The notes beneath the pieces are model-generated. The model worked only from the letters and a program-made list of their open reading frames with translations. It made no database searches and was not told the origin of the DNA. Below, piece by piece: positions 12,101-23,573 of a stretch of DNA of 64,000 bases. This stretch comes from Phoronis australis (Eukaryota > Animalia > Phoronida), in NCBI GenBank assembly GCA_002633005.1, contig NMRA01000645.1, positions 62,001-126,000 of the forward strand. Reading direction: 5' to 3'. The first letter of the stretch is position 1; each line of letters begins with the position of its first letter. A program made the translations under genes and the position numbers.

Positions 12101-14826
12101 GCTGAAAGTGTTCAGACAAAATGGCTCTGAATTCCCTGTCATGGCAACTGGGAGGAGTTCGAATTCATCAGAGTAGCCTTCCCTTAGGACTGAACATTAA
12201 GGAAATGATGAGGCAAGTTAGATAAGATGGCTAAATCATTTTGTAATTAGAATTCTGCCCCATAATTGTTATTACCAATCATTTTTGTTGTTAACAGAAT
12301 TACCAGTTAAGATGTGGAAATGGCATTTTGTCTGATTACTTAGTGTCTCATGTACTGCTAATGTAAGTGATTGCATTAAATACACAGTTCAAGGCTGTTT
12401 GTACGTAATGAGGTTGTCTAGTTACAGCGAGTAACACCAAAGCTGTCTGAGAACCCAGACATGTTTGCATTGCCTGTGGAAATGTAATCAGCACGTCAAT
12501 GTCTTTGGAATGCTGTTAAATGCCATAGTAATTTAAAGTTGATCGAATTTTTAAAAATCAAATAACCAATTGTGTCAGTTTTTTTTGCTGAAAAACATCC
12601 TGAAGGTTATTTTCTCGACATTTAGGTTTGAAGCTTCTGTAAATTAGGCCTAAGTTGTTAACCAATGTTTATGACCAAATAAGATTCAAAATTTTCATGC
12701 ACTGCAGGCCATTTTTTGAACCTGCAGTCTATAATAACTAAACATGTCCTTAAAAAGTTGACCTTTTCAATCTTTGAATGACAAAGATTGGTTTAACAAG
12801 AGAAACATAGGCATTGCAATTGCTGTTCCTTTGTTGAACAATCCCAGTCTTTACAGAGTAGCTTCCTGTGCCATAACACTGGGTTGTGTTGCCTAGTTCA
12901 CAGACCTGTAACTACGAAATAGACTTTGGAGTATTAAAATGCCTAAAAAATCATTTTTGATTAGGGGTGTACCTGATGCCATTAGGCTCTCCCCCATTCA
13001 AATTTCAGATGGCCGCACACAAAAAATTGGTTGGTCGGTACTCAGACACAATGGCCAAACAAATCGCCAATTTTCAGTAAAACAAATGGGTACGAAAAAT
13101 AAACACTAGATGACATTTGAATCCTTCGAGACTTTCAAAGGGAGTCTCTGAGGAAGTCTGGCCATCGTGTTTGATCATCTGCCAATTGGTTTTAGCACCG
13201 GCCATCGTGTTTTTGGGTCCAGCCATCATTTTTTGGGTGAGGCCATTGCATTTGAAGTCTGGACAACACGTTTCATCACTGGCCATTTGGTTTTGCATTC
13301 CTGCCAACTGGTTTTGAAATCTGGGCAAGTGGTTTTGAAGTCTGACCAATTGTTGATTCCCCCGTGACAAAAGTCTTGGCACTGTGGTAAGTGCCTATTG
13401 TAGTCCCAACCAATAAGAAACATTCATAGTTTGGGAAATGAGATGTAGTGCCCAATGTACTGCTTATGAGCCCCACCCGGGACATACCTACAATTAAGGT
13501 CCTCGGACACGTATGTGTCATCTCGTTTAATTTATTACTGATGAATGACTTGACTTATCACTCTTGTTTCTTTAGGATGTATCTCTGTGACTGACTGGTG
13601 CCAAATTATGTCCAAGGCACTCTGTTTGGAGCTACCTTGGCGACACCTGCGTATTAAATTGGCCAAAGTCAACGAAGACGGACTTGTCGTTTACAGCACA
13701 ACATTTGAACACTTTAAACTGAAATACAGAAATGAGTCTGGGACTCCGAGCCTCACAGAAACGTTGTACAGGAACAGAGACAACTTGGGAACGATATTCC
13801 GTGCTATAGATAAGGACAACTCTGGTAAATCTAGACATATTTATTCTCCTCATATTCAAGGAGTGATTTCTCACGAAACTTTTTCTTTCACCTATTATGG
13901 GGCCTTTAGTACATCTTAAAAACACCTTGTTTTGTAACAATATTAGCAGGCTCTGTGGTGTTTCCCTTCAACCACTAGTTTTCAAATGCAATGTATTCCT
14001 AAGGTATGTCGATTCAGCCAATGCCGTTTTCAAGAACTAATTGCTCCCAAGGTCAAGGGCGTTTACTACTAAGTATCAATCTTTTAGGTTATGAAGCTAT
14101 TGTAAACTTCTGTTTGTATTAGGTTAAAACAGAGTGAAGTGTCATTTAAAGTTAAGAAATTGATGCTTCTGTGCATTTGTGGCCTTCGTTTTCAAGCTTT
14201 CAAAGAACAGTAATGATTGTGATATTAATGCGTATTTTTTTGAACAGTAACACAAACTTCATCTAAGGATATGTTCCTAGATCAGATGTAACGGCGTGTT
14301 TGCCGAGAAAATACTGCAGGACATTACACATGCATTGGTGCATTGTGGGATTTTTTGCATAACAGACAGCACCCCCTTGCAGCGTATGAACAGTTGAAGG
14401 TGAGATATCTCCAAATGGTTAGGACTTCTGATGTAGGCATTAATATTCATTCAAAAAAATTGAAAAAATGCAGGAGACGCAAGGTAAGTTTGAGTGTGCA
14501 ACTCTGCAACATTTTCAAAAGACTAAATTTTAAATCATTTCCTTGTAGGTCTCATTTCAATGGAGGAGTTCAGTGATGCATGCCATCTATTGAGCAAGCA
14601 TGTCAAAGCCGATATAACGCAAGAATACATCAGCGACCTCGCTCGCTCTATTGACATTAACAAAGATGGCTTCATAGACTTCAATGAATTCCTCGAAGCA
14701 TTCAGACTGGTTGATGTCGTGCAAAACAGCTTTAATGGAGACGGTGTCATGGATAGACCTCACGGTGTCAGTGATGTGAAAAAGATTTCATTGGCCATGC
14801 CAGAACAGACAGATAATATTGTATAG
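2961..14826 (+). CDS. PPEF2: Serine/threonine protein phosphatase with EF-hands (PPEF/rdgC family), 5'-partial; exons 2961-3122, 6013-6179, 7120-7306, 9043-9129, 10356-10541, 11157-11299, 11863-11969, 13576-13824, 14549-14826
   Basis: All nine exons have AG/GT boundaries with consistent phases and splice into one open frame. PPP motifs GDLHG, GDFVDRG, RGNHE, HGG, WSDP, RSHE and FSASNY are followed by C-terminal EF-hands ([26 protein letters not shown]). The symbol is family-level (likely pro-orthologue of PPEF1/PPEF2). Confidence 0.93.
3530..4213. mobile_element. PIF/Harbinger (Tourist-like) MITE in a PPEF intron
   Basis: ~35-bp TIRs GGGCTGTTCCAG(C/T)AAAATC(T/C)GT(A/G)TGGGAGGGGG; identical 3-bp TCA on both flanks (3527-3529, 4214-4216). 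Confidence 0.8.
6013..6179 (+). CDS. PPEF2: PPEF exon (NGLP...GDFVDRG...RGNHED)
   Basis: tttccag acceptor, GT at 6180; catalytic motifs; phase 0/2. Confidence 0.95.
7120..7306 (+). CDS. PPEF2: PPEF exon (YGFLKEV...WLPL...AHGGVSD)
   Basis: ctttcag acceptor, GT at 7307; phase 2/0. Confidence 0.93.
8813..8904. other. Assembly gap (92 N)
   Basis: Run of Ns. Confidence 0.99.
9043..9129 (+). CDS. PPEF2: PPEF exon (YYSLLKPP...VEWRQ)
   Basis: ttgttacag acceptor, GTGAGG donor; 87 nt; EWRQ precedes the WSDP exon as in PPEFs. Confidence 0.88.
9241..9430. repeat. Hairpin-forming interspersed repeat (MITE-like), copy 1
   Basis: Inverted arms ~9271-9325 and ~9367-9423; a related shorter copy lies at 42068-42180. 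Confidence 0.7.
10356..10541 (+). CDS. PPEF2: PPEF exon (MLDVLWSDP...[10 protein letters not shown]...[12 protein letters not shown])
   Basis: tttcag acceptor, GTAAAT donor; 186 nt. Confidence 0.95.
11157..11299 (+). CDS. PPEF2: PPEF exon ([20 protein letters not shown]...)
   Basis: tacag acceptor, GT at 11300; SASNYY motif characteristic of PPEF; phase 0/2. Confidence 0.93.
11863..11969 (+). CDS. PPEF2: PPEF exon ([17 protein letters not shown]...LDSEDT), absent from the ORF track
   Basis: ttatcag acceptor, GT at 11970; phase 2/1 bridges the neighbouring exons exactly; begins a degenerate EF-hand. Confidence 0.88.
13155..13350. repeat. Degenerate ~21-bp minisatellite
   Basis: Recurring CTGGCCA(TCGTG/TTTGG)TTTTG units; explains several spurious overlapping ORFs. 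Confidence 0.6.
13576..13824 (+). CDS. PPEF2: PPEF exon (CISVTDWC...LELPWR...[10 protein letters not shown])
   Basis: tctttag acceptor, GTAAAT donor; LPWR motif and start of an EF-hand; phase 1/1. Confidence 0.92.
14549..14826 (+). CDS. PPEF2: PPEF terminal coding exon (LISMEEF...[20 protein letters not shown]...stop)
   Basis: cttgtag acceptor; canonical EF-hand; TAG ends at 14826. Confidence 0.94.
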
Positions 14827-17800
14827 TTTGGTAATACAATTACTAGCATGCACGTGAATCAGAACCAAAATTTCAAGTAAGACAGTTAAAGTGTTTACGG
14901 CCATTAGGCACTGAATTAATTATGTATACTGAAACAAGGCAGATTTAAGCACAAATTTGGTTTTAAAAAGTTAACATAAACTCTGCTTCTCTTGCCTGCT
15001 GTGTTGAAGGCAGCAAAATAACTTTCAAAATAAATAATCGAAAGACCTATGTGCAGTAACTTTTAATGATAAATTTTTGGCCAACTTGTTCCGTTTCGTT
15101 GTTTTTATCCAAACTCTTACATTCTGTATTTCTGTAACACTGCCAGAGCTACAGAATTTTCTATCAGGTTGCTTACATTTTCTTCCTGTTGTTATGGTTA
15201 CTTAAAGATATAACTTTCCCCTGCCTGACAACATGTGGTGTTCTGGCCTGGATTTAGCATGTGACATATTGAAATATCTTTTTTTCTGAGGAACTTGCTA
15301 ATTCACTAGGTGGGGCAAGTTAAACAACGACCCCAACTAGAAATTCACACTTTCAGGTCATGTGGGACTTTTAGGTCATGAATGTGCCTATGTTGGTGAA
15401 CAACTATCTGCAGTTGTTAGTCTATTCATATGACCTTTGTTCATTCCATCACCAAGTAAATATCAAGCTGTACATTTTGATCAGTGCTAATGTAATATAT
15501 TGCTTTAAGTAAATGTACAATTAATAAGGATGTGAGATTATTTATGATATAATTGTATCTTTGAGGTCTTCGTAGTGCTTGTGATTACGGAATAAGATGC
15601 CTAAATAGAACACAGTAAAATCTCATGGAATTCAGATAAAAAGTGCCCTTTCTTCTTTTAACAATGTGAATGCTCACATTTTTTTAAAATGTGTGATGGT
15701 AGCTGTCAGGTACAAAACTTGAACATGGAAAATCATGTCATTTGGTGCTACATATGCTCGGTGGAAAAGTGATAATTAAAAGTAAAATTTCACTTGATGT
15801 TATGTACTATTCCCCTGGACTGTTAAAACCAAGAAATTTCCAACATCACGATCTGATCTAGTATCATGTTCCATTAAAATTGACAGACAACAAACAAGCC
15901 TATTGTGTTGGTATACATTGCTGTGGTAGTAAGCGGGTCAGAGCGTACAGTCACACAAAGGAATCAGCAGGTGAAAGATATGTCTAATTTATTTGAAAGT
16001 CAACTGTTTTTCTCCATTCGAGGTTTTTTTGGTGGAATTATTTCATAAAGAACACATCTTTGTCGCGACATCTGTTGAACGTCGTTTGGAAATATTATTT
16101 TTAAGTATCGGTTAGTGTCAGGTCCGCTGTTTACAACATAATTGCTGGATTACGTGACCTTATCAGATGAATGCAGACAATGAGAGAGCAGGATTATGTA
16201 AAAATTGGTTTGCCAACTTTTTCCCCTTGCCATCGTTGTCAAACTGATAACACAGCTGTATCCCGACAAGTCAATCATTGAAATCAGGATGCTCGTCCCA
16301 CAGTGGGAGTGCGTAACACCGCCATATTGTGGCCCAAGCTACTGGATTCTCTACTGATGACATTCAATTTAGTTGCATTTCACTTGGTCTTGCATTAAGC
16401 TATCTTGCTGTGGTCATAAGTTACAATATAAAAACGTGAAAGTTTGACTTAAAGTCATAATACACTTTGTTGAACTGTAGATAAGAGAAAAATATTATTC
16501 ATTATTAAACTGTTACATCAAAGTACACTTCTGAAGTGCGTTTTGTCAAAGGTAGCAAGTCTGGTCTTAAATAAGATGGTCGTAAGGATTATAATTTGTC
16601 CAGATTTGTTAATAGACTCATGAAGGCTGTTAATGTTATGTAGGACCTCGTCAACAGCACTGTATTTAGCCAAATGTTTACAAATCTATTGATTTTAACT
16701 CAACAACAGTATAGATTTTCTGAAACTGAAAAACCTGTAGCAGTTGATTTTTGGTTGATGTAAATGATGATGAAATGTAGATGAAATCTCAAATATCAAA
16801 AATCTTTAAAAATCCACTTTTTTGATAACTCCTCAACAATTCCTGATAGAAAATAATTGTGTTGTTATAATTCAGCGCTTTGATATCGTATAAGTAAGAA
16901 TTATGAGTCTTCACACATGCCATATATTGGTCACATCTCGTGACCTATAGTCAAGTCTGACAGTGTTTTGGACAGCAGTGCACAAAGCATAGCTATGTGA
17001 AAGTTTCATCTCAATCCGATCTCTTATTTATCAGATAAGTCTTATGCCAGTGCCTCATTTTCAGTACTTACTGTTATTAGATATGACCAGACTTTTGAGA
17101 TTTGTTGAAATAGGCCTTGGAAGCCTGCTCACGACGTGACGTGATCACATGCACAATGAAGATGTGTAGTTACGTGTACTTACAAAAATTACTTTGAGCC
17201 CAGTGGTCTGTTTTGTTTACATGTTCATTGTTTGATCGGTTTGTAATTGATCAGTGTTTTTATTCTATGGTTTTATATTGTTAAAGTAACTATTTATTTT
17301 TATATATTTAATTCAAAACAATGCCTTAACATCTCAAGATTTATTGGCAACATGCATTGATTATTTATTTGATTCATTCCATTAAAAACTTCTTTGCAAG
17401 TAGACCTGCCAATACTGTCAAAAATCCCATGAGCTCTGCAAAGTAGCTGGTGATCTTGTTTGCTTTGAGTGAACAGAATTTTGGTTACGGAATGTTGACA
17501 GTTGTTTGATTTATTATTATCATTGTACTTTATTTCACAAAATTTCAACACCGCTGTCCCATTATTATTATTATTATAACTGTTATTTGAGAACCATATA
17601 CGATATAGTGGTTAGTTAAGCAGTGATTACTATCAGTTTTGAGTATTGCATAAGTTTAGACACCCTGGTTTTTCACAATAACAGAAAACTTACAGAATTC
17701 ACTGAATCTGATTTCTTTCATGGAATTTCCATATTTCATAAGTAGATATTGTAATTCTTATGATTCTGGTTTTTAATTGCCAAAAATCAAAAATATAATG

Positions 17801-19396
17801 AAATTAACATTTTTAGACACATTGAGCGAAGATCATTTTTCAGCATTCAGCAAGTAATCGGTAAAACTGAGCTGCGGCAAAATTCGGGTGAAGAAGTATG
17901 GCAATTCCTTGAATCATTTTATGTTATTCGTAACTCTGAAACAGTAAAATCAAATTTCTTGATTTGGAAAATGGGGACAAAAACAGATTTTTATGTTTAA
18001 AAAAACGGAAAGTCAGGGCCTCTCAACAAGGCTTTAAAGTTGTATTGTGTGCTCCTAAGTAAGCTGAGATCGAGCAGATACTGAAAAGTGATGCCCTTTT
18101 AATATATAAACTAAGCTAAGTAATCTTATGAATGTAAATGTGAAAATAAAAAATGGGTGCCCTTAGCAATAGTATGGGTAGCTCTTAAGAACATGTAGCC
18201 CGCATCATACGATGTTGTTCCCCGGCTCCAGCGTCACAGTACTTATTGGACATGGGTTGATTTGCTGCTGATCATTTTTCGCTACAAAATTCATCGAGAC
18301 ATACAGCAACTTCCCACTTAACGTAGGTCTTGTGATACATATTTTAGTAAGTTTGCCTACATTTTCACAGGTGCAGAGTGATTAGCTTGCAAATTCCACT
18401 TTAAGGCCTCTCCTAACTTTTGCTTGTTCCTGTTTTAGTGCTTTTCTATTACGTTCTCAAGTGATTCTGTTGCATTCTTTGCAAAATTATGGTATGCAAA
18501 GCGGAGTTCTGTGTGCCTTTCTCCAGTTTCTTTTTAGAATTTTGTCAAATATTGGAATTGCAGTGCGGTCAATTATGTTGTCACAGTTAAACTCTAGTCT
18601 TACCTGTGTAATTAAAAATAATCGTGCTTCATAAAGTGCAATCAATTCCAGTTACATGTACCTCATTTCTAAAATCATTATATTTAAGCAGTAATTGAGT
18701 CAAATTATTTTAAGTTGTAGCTGCATATTCAGACATGGCAAACTGAACTGATTTCCCTACCTTAAAAAGGTCGTTGTTTGAAGTGAAAAGTACACTTCCG
18801 TAATTGTGCAAATGAAGCTTTAAAATAACTTATTACTATTGTGTTTTGTATTTTGTTGAACACCACTTTGCGCTCAGTGAGTTAGTAGTAATAGAAGCAA
18901 TACTTTTGACTAGACGTTACATGTGTTACATATTGAGCTTTGATAACTTATTGTCAAGTCATGTAATAATAAACTACTGAATTTCTATACGGTGGTTATT
19001 TCTTCATTGTTCATTTCACTTACACAAAATAATGCCCGATAACCTTCATGAAGCCCTAAGCAGACCAGTCTTTGAAAGCTGTGTTTTGGTTCATGTTTTG
19101 AGGCGGAACCCTGTTAGTTATTTGCTTCGACAATTTAGCGTTCTTAATTACGCATGTTAGTTTAGTGGAGGGAATCAAATGCTTCTGAATTATGATTCGC
19201 CATTGCTGACTTGAGTATTTGAGTGTGAAATTTGCATCTTCAACCTTGACCACTGTGTGGGACTTGAAAAAGAAAGCTCTTATAAAACGATATTAAACCC
19301 TGTTTTGACGATTTCAACCAATCCTCGTTGTGTCACCTGCTAGCGCATCATTGGCGTCAATCTTGAATGACAAAAGCCGGAATCAACTAAAAACTC

Positions 19397-19660
19397 ATAC
19401 TCCCTATGTCACAGATTGGGTATTATATTTCTTGCTGAGTGGTCTTTCCCCACAGTTGCCTTGTAATTTGGTAAAAGCATAGATATACTCCCTATGTCAC
19501 AGATTGGGTATTATATTTCTTGCTGAGTGGTCTTTCCCCACAGTTGCCTTGTAATTTGGTAAAAGCATAGATATACTCCCTATGTCACAGATTGGGTATT
19601 ATATTTCTTGCTGAGTAGTCTTTCCCCAAAGTTGCCTTGTAATTTGGTAAAAGCATTGAT
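19397..19660. repeat. Tandem repeat, 3 x 88 bp
   Basis: Units start at 19397, 19485 and 19573 (ATACTCCCTATGTCACAGATTGGG...); near-identical. Confidence 0.95.
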
Positions 19661-20286
19661 CACGCTTGCTCGTTAAGCAGACTTTGAAGAGTTTTCAAAT
19701 TTGCTTTCAAACTTTTGAGGGATGTAGAGGGTTAAAGAGTATTGTTTTGTTTCAGAAAATTAGATAAGTCGCTTTTAATATCTATTAATAGGCAAAAACC
19801 GGGTTTGGTATCCTTTTAAATTAACAACTAAACTTATGGCAAGGTACCCCAAGCCATTTATATTTTCTCCATTTTCAAAGCTGAAACCACATTGGCTGCT
19901 AAGTTCATGTCGAAATAACACACTGAAGCCCACTGTTCTGCTGACAACAGTACATTCAAGTCAAATGTTATCGGACAAAATACTATTTTCTCACCACGAC
20001 AACCAGTTCCATTCACAGCAAACTTTCCTATAAATTCTTAGGGCGGCAAAATTCTAATTACAAAATGGGTTAGCCACCTTACGAACAGGCCTTTTAAATG
20101 CCCTTCATTCTCGGTTATGAGGTAAGGCTACTCTTACAATGCATTTGGCTTCTGCGCAACGACAGGATCTGTGCCATTTTGTGTCAATACTGTTGGCTTG
20201 TACTGTGTTATGACCCAACAGTTGCAATGCTTGTCAAGGTTTTCTTATGCACCGTAAGTTGTAATACTGAGGGCAGGAAATGACAG

Positions 20287-20422
20287 ACTGGCGAGACATG
20301 TCTCTGACAATCCTGGATGCACTGTAAGATTACAAACTGTTGGAACAGCACAAACTGGGGAGACATGTCTGACAATCCTGGATGCACTGTACGATTATAA
20401 AGTGTTGGGATAGCACAAACTG
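20287..20422. repeat. Tandem duplication, 2 x ~67 bp
   Basis: GAGACATGTCT..GACAATCCTGGATGCACTGTA..AGCACAAACTG occurs twice. Confidence 0.8.
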
Positions 20423-21734
20423 TCACTAACAATCCTTAATTTGCTTCAGATTGCATTGACCTCAACTAACCAACCAGGGCAAATAATCAGCGGACTTTCA
20501 GAAAATTAAAATTTAACTTGTCTTAGTTTTGTAATCACATGTATGGTAATGTCGGTTACATGTACAATAATTAATTTCCATTATTTGTAAAATACTCTCT
20601 AACGCTTCTTTAAATTCAACCCCCACAACCACCAAGTGGACCCTACATCAAGGTTTCACATTATTTATTCAGTCTGTCAACATGGACACTCCTGTCATTG
20701 ACACAGAACTATTACAGCGTATTATACTACAGTTAGCATCACATGAAGCTGATTTCTTAATTCAAGTGAAAGTCTTTGCGCCATATACAGTGCTACGGTA
20801 TATTTTTCAAAATAATGTTTTCACAAGTCATGAATACATCGTCCATACAACACCCCTTCATTTTGCTCAGCTGTAGCCCACGTGTTTAAAAATCTGTAAA
20901 CGGGTAAATGGAAGAGAAGTATGACCCACTAACATGGACAATAGCATCCACATCTCCAGGTACTGCCTCATGAATAACCACGGTATTATTCCATGCCAGC
21001 AAACTTTTAATTTTCAACTCTTCCATTTTACATTCACTCAACTTTAATGCAGCTATAAACACGTGTTGTGTAACAAACTTTTGATTTAGACCACTATAAG
21101 ATTAGTTTCAACTTGCTCCTTTCTCAGACGAGACATGGCATTTGGTCTTCCAGAGTTCCACAGTTCATTATTACTTAAGACCGTGCATAATAAACTGACT
21201 GACACACCGTGACAGGTCAACTTGTAGAGCACTAACAAACTTTCAGTTCTTTCTACGACCAAAAATCACATCAGTTTTGACGGGTAATTACAGCAGGTGC
21301 TAGAAATCAAAAGTTGTATTTTTGTAACAAAAAGTGGGTTTAAAGCCACTTTAAGACAACAAAAATTTTATTAACATAGGCTACCTCAACTCCATGCGTT
21401 CTTCACAGAATCCACTCCCGTTGTGAAGTTGACCATCAGTGTTACTGGCGTTGAACGAACCAGAGAGGGTGCCTGTATGCTTGCATAGTTCAGGTCTCAC
21501 AGTTCATCAAATAATCGTCGATGGACAAACACTAGATGATGTAGAATAAGCACTTGTCACAATGTCCTGTAACAGCTTGAATGTAAATCACAACCGTCCA
21601 CTCTTACACTTTCAAGTTTTCAATAATTTATCATAATTCTTCACACACAATTCATTGCCTCGCCAGACTCTGTGACTGAAGCCTGCTGATGAGCTGTTAT
21701 TACTAGGTTTTTCTTTAATATTTCACAATTCGTT

Positions 21735-22007
21735 TCAACTGAATTCACTGCCAGCGCTAACTTGTGGCATACTCATACTCTGTGACTGAAGCCTGTTTAC
21801 AATGTAGTTACTCGTATCAATGAACCGCTCAACACAGTTTGCGAGGCAGTTTTCCGTCTTGTAGTCCAACTTGTTGCTAGGGTAACCCATGCACTTGTCC
21901 CAGCATTCATCTGTGATGCTGTGGACAATTTGTTGGAACTTCTGCCTCTGCGTTTCCTGTTGCAAAAACCGTTGAAGGTGGGGGTCATTTGTAGCGCCTT
22001 CCATTGT
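21735..22007 (-). CDS. TIMM8A: Mitochondrial import inner membrane translocase subunit Tim8 (small Tim, twin CX3C), main coding exon; internal ATG at 22004
   Basis: DPHLQRFLQQETQRQKFQ...CWDKC...CLANCVERFIDTS matches the Tim8/DDP family. Acceptor ttgttctttacag lies just before 22007, so the longer ORF start at 22085 is intronic. Confidence 0.93.
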   Translation of the reverse strand, partial: TMEGATNDPHLQRFLQQETQRQKFQQIVHSITDECWDKCMGYPSNKLDYKTENCLANCVERFIDTSNYIVNRLQSQSMSMPQVSAGSEFS

Positions 22008-22452
22008 CTGTAAAGAACAATAATAGTCAAACTTCAGTACATTTCGGCAGAACTGAAATCCAGTCTCTGGAGTGGACTCCTCCAACTATTATTACTACAA
22101 TCAGTTTATTTGATAATATACATAATTACAATAACAAAATACAAGGTACAAGATAAGAAAATAAATATTATGAAAAACTAATTTGTGAATAATTGTACAG
22201 GAGGAATGGGAGACATGAAAGAAACTAGCTATATACAGGTGAAAAAGAGCTGGAAAAGATTGTAGGATGAAGTGAGATGATAGATTACAAATAAACTATG
22301 GGAATCAACCTACACTCACCTTGCCCGTTACAGCCGTTTAAGTAAAAAACAATGCAATAAACATCATTTTCTTGCGTAACTCTCCGCCTTTACTAACAAT
22401 GAAAAGTATGTCATTATTTTGAAAACAATGCGTTCGTGTCACGCGCACTCAC

Positions 22453-22455
22453 CAT
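22453..22455 (-). CDS. TIMM8A: Putative initiator ATG at the 3' end of TIMM8 exon 1
   Basis: Minus strand reads GGAAATG|GTGAGT (consensus donor). Splicing to 22007 gives in-frame ATG-ACA-ATG-GAA. Confidence 0.55.
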
Positions 22456-22790
22456 TTCCTAAATTTTTGCGACATCTCTCGGGAGATGACAATAGCTTGG
22501 CAGCAGCAAAATTTCTTCTGAAATTTGTTTTTTCGGTATCAAAATTCCAAAAACTTATAATGAAGTGAAACCAGTTCCGATAATTTGTTGTGACGTGTAA
22601 GCAACCTTGTGAAAGAAGAACAGTTGATTGAAGAATCGGCGAAAAAAGAAGCTGGCCAATAGGTGACGCAATATTTCATGGCACCGAAAGCCGTCATTAA
22701 AGATCGCTCCATAACTTTAGCAGCAGAATAACGGTAGAACGCCGTTTTGTCCAACACCGTTAAATAATCTATTTTACCCATGGAAGAATT

Positions 22791-23573
22791 GGTAATTGTT
22801 TACAATATGACGACAATGACTTAGACATATGATTTTGGTATCGTTCGATTCCTTGCGCCGTCATATTTCCAAAAATATATGAATTGATCCCCTACCGCGT
22901 TTCCTCCATATTTTATCGTCGAATTTCAGTTGGCACTATTTCCCGGTGGACACCGCCATGTTAGCTCAACACAAGATTACAGCGACACCTACTGTTAATG
23001 AATGAAACAGCATCATTGATTCTGAATGGTGTTTGCCTGCGCGAGATTCCCGCTAAAGTTTTCCTGACATAATAAATATTGATGAACAAGTAGAAGCATT
23101 TTACCTTTTCCATTTTTTTTAAATTGTGACCATTTGACCATTTTTCCACGAAATTGTCTGAAGTGATACACTTTTCACAAATTTGGACCTCAAAAACAAC
23201 CTCCGCTGTTTTGGCGGATTCTTGCTAGCAGGTGCGTATATCAGGGTCACTATAGGATCGAATTCGAATCCTTGATTCCGTAACTCGGGCAGGGAATTGA
23301 CGGGTCTCGGTCAATTTGAACTTATGAAAAGCGACGATCTGCAAGTCGGTAAATTAGTTTAGTTTTTGACCGCCAGGTGACACCTTCCATTCAACATGGC
23401 GGTATTACTACTGCGTACCAGGAAATAGTGCTAGAAGAAATTTCACGATAAAATACTACGGGAACAGGGTAGGAGAAATATCTGTGTACATTTGGAAAGA
23501 TAACATTGCAAGGAATCGAACGATACCAAAATCATATGTCTAAGTCATTGTCGTCATATTGTAAACAATTACC
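22791..23573. mobile_element. MITE-like element with perfect 66-bp terminal inverted repeats
   Basis: 22791-22856 is the exact reverse complement of 23508-23573; degenerate inverted similarity continues inward to ~22962/23394. Confidence 0.75.

Noticed and set aside
13074-13521. Cluster of overlapping ORFs on both strands
   Set aside because: By-product of a ~21-bp minisatellite inside a PPEF intron
19397-19660. CRISPR-like array
   Set aside because: Whole units repeat without unique spacers; eukaryotic context and no cas genes
22008-22085. N-terminal extension of the 116-aa TIMM8 ORF
   Set aside because: It starts at a non-ATG codon and lies upstream of a strong polypyrimidine-AG acceptor, so it is intronic
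22835-22865. tRNA or tRNA-derived SINE suggested by GTTCGATTCC
   Set aside because: No A-box or cloverleaf found; the motif is part of an inverted repeat arm
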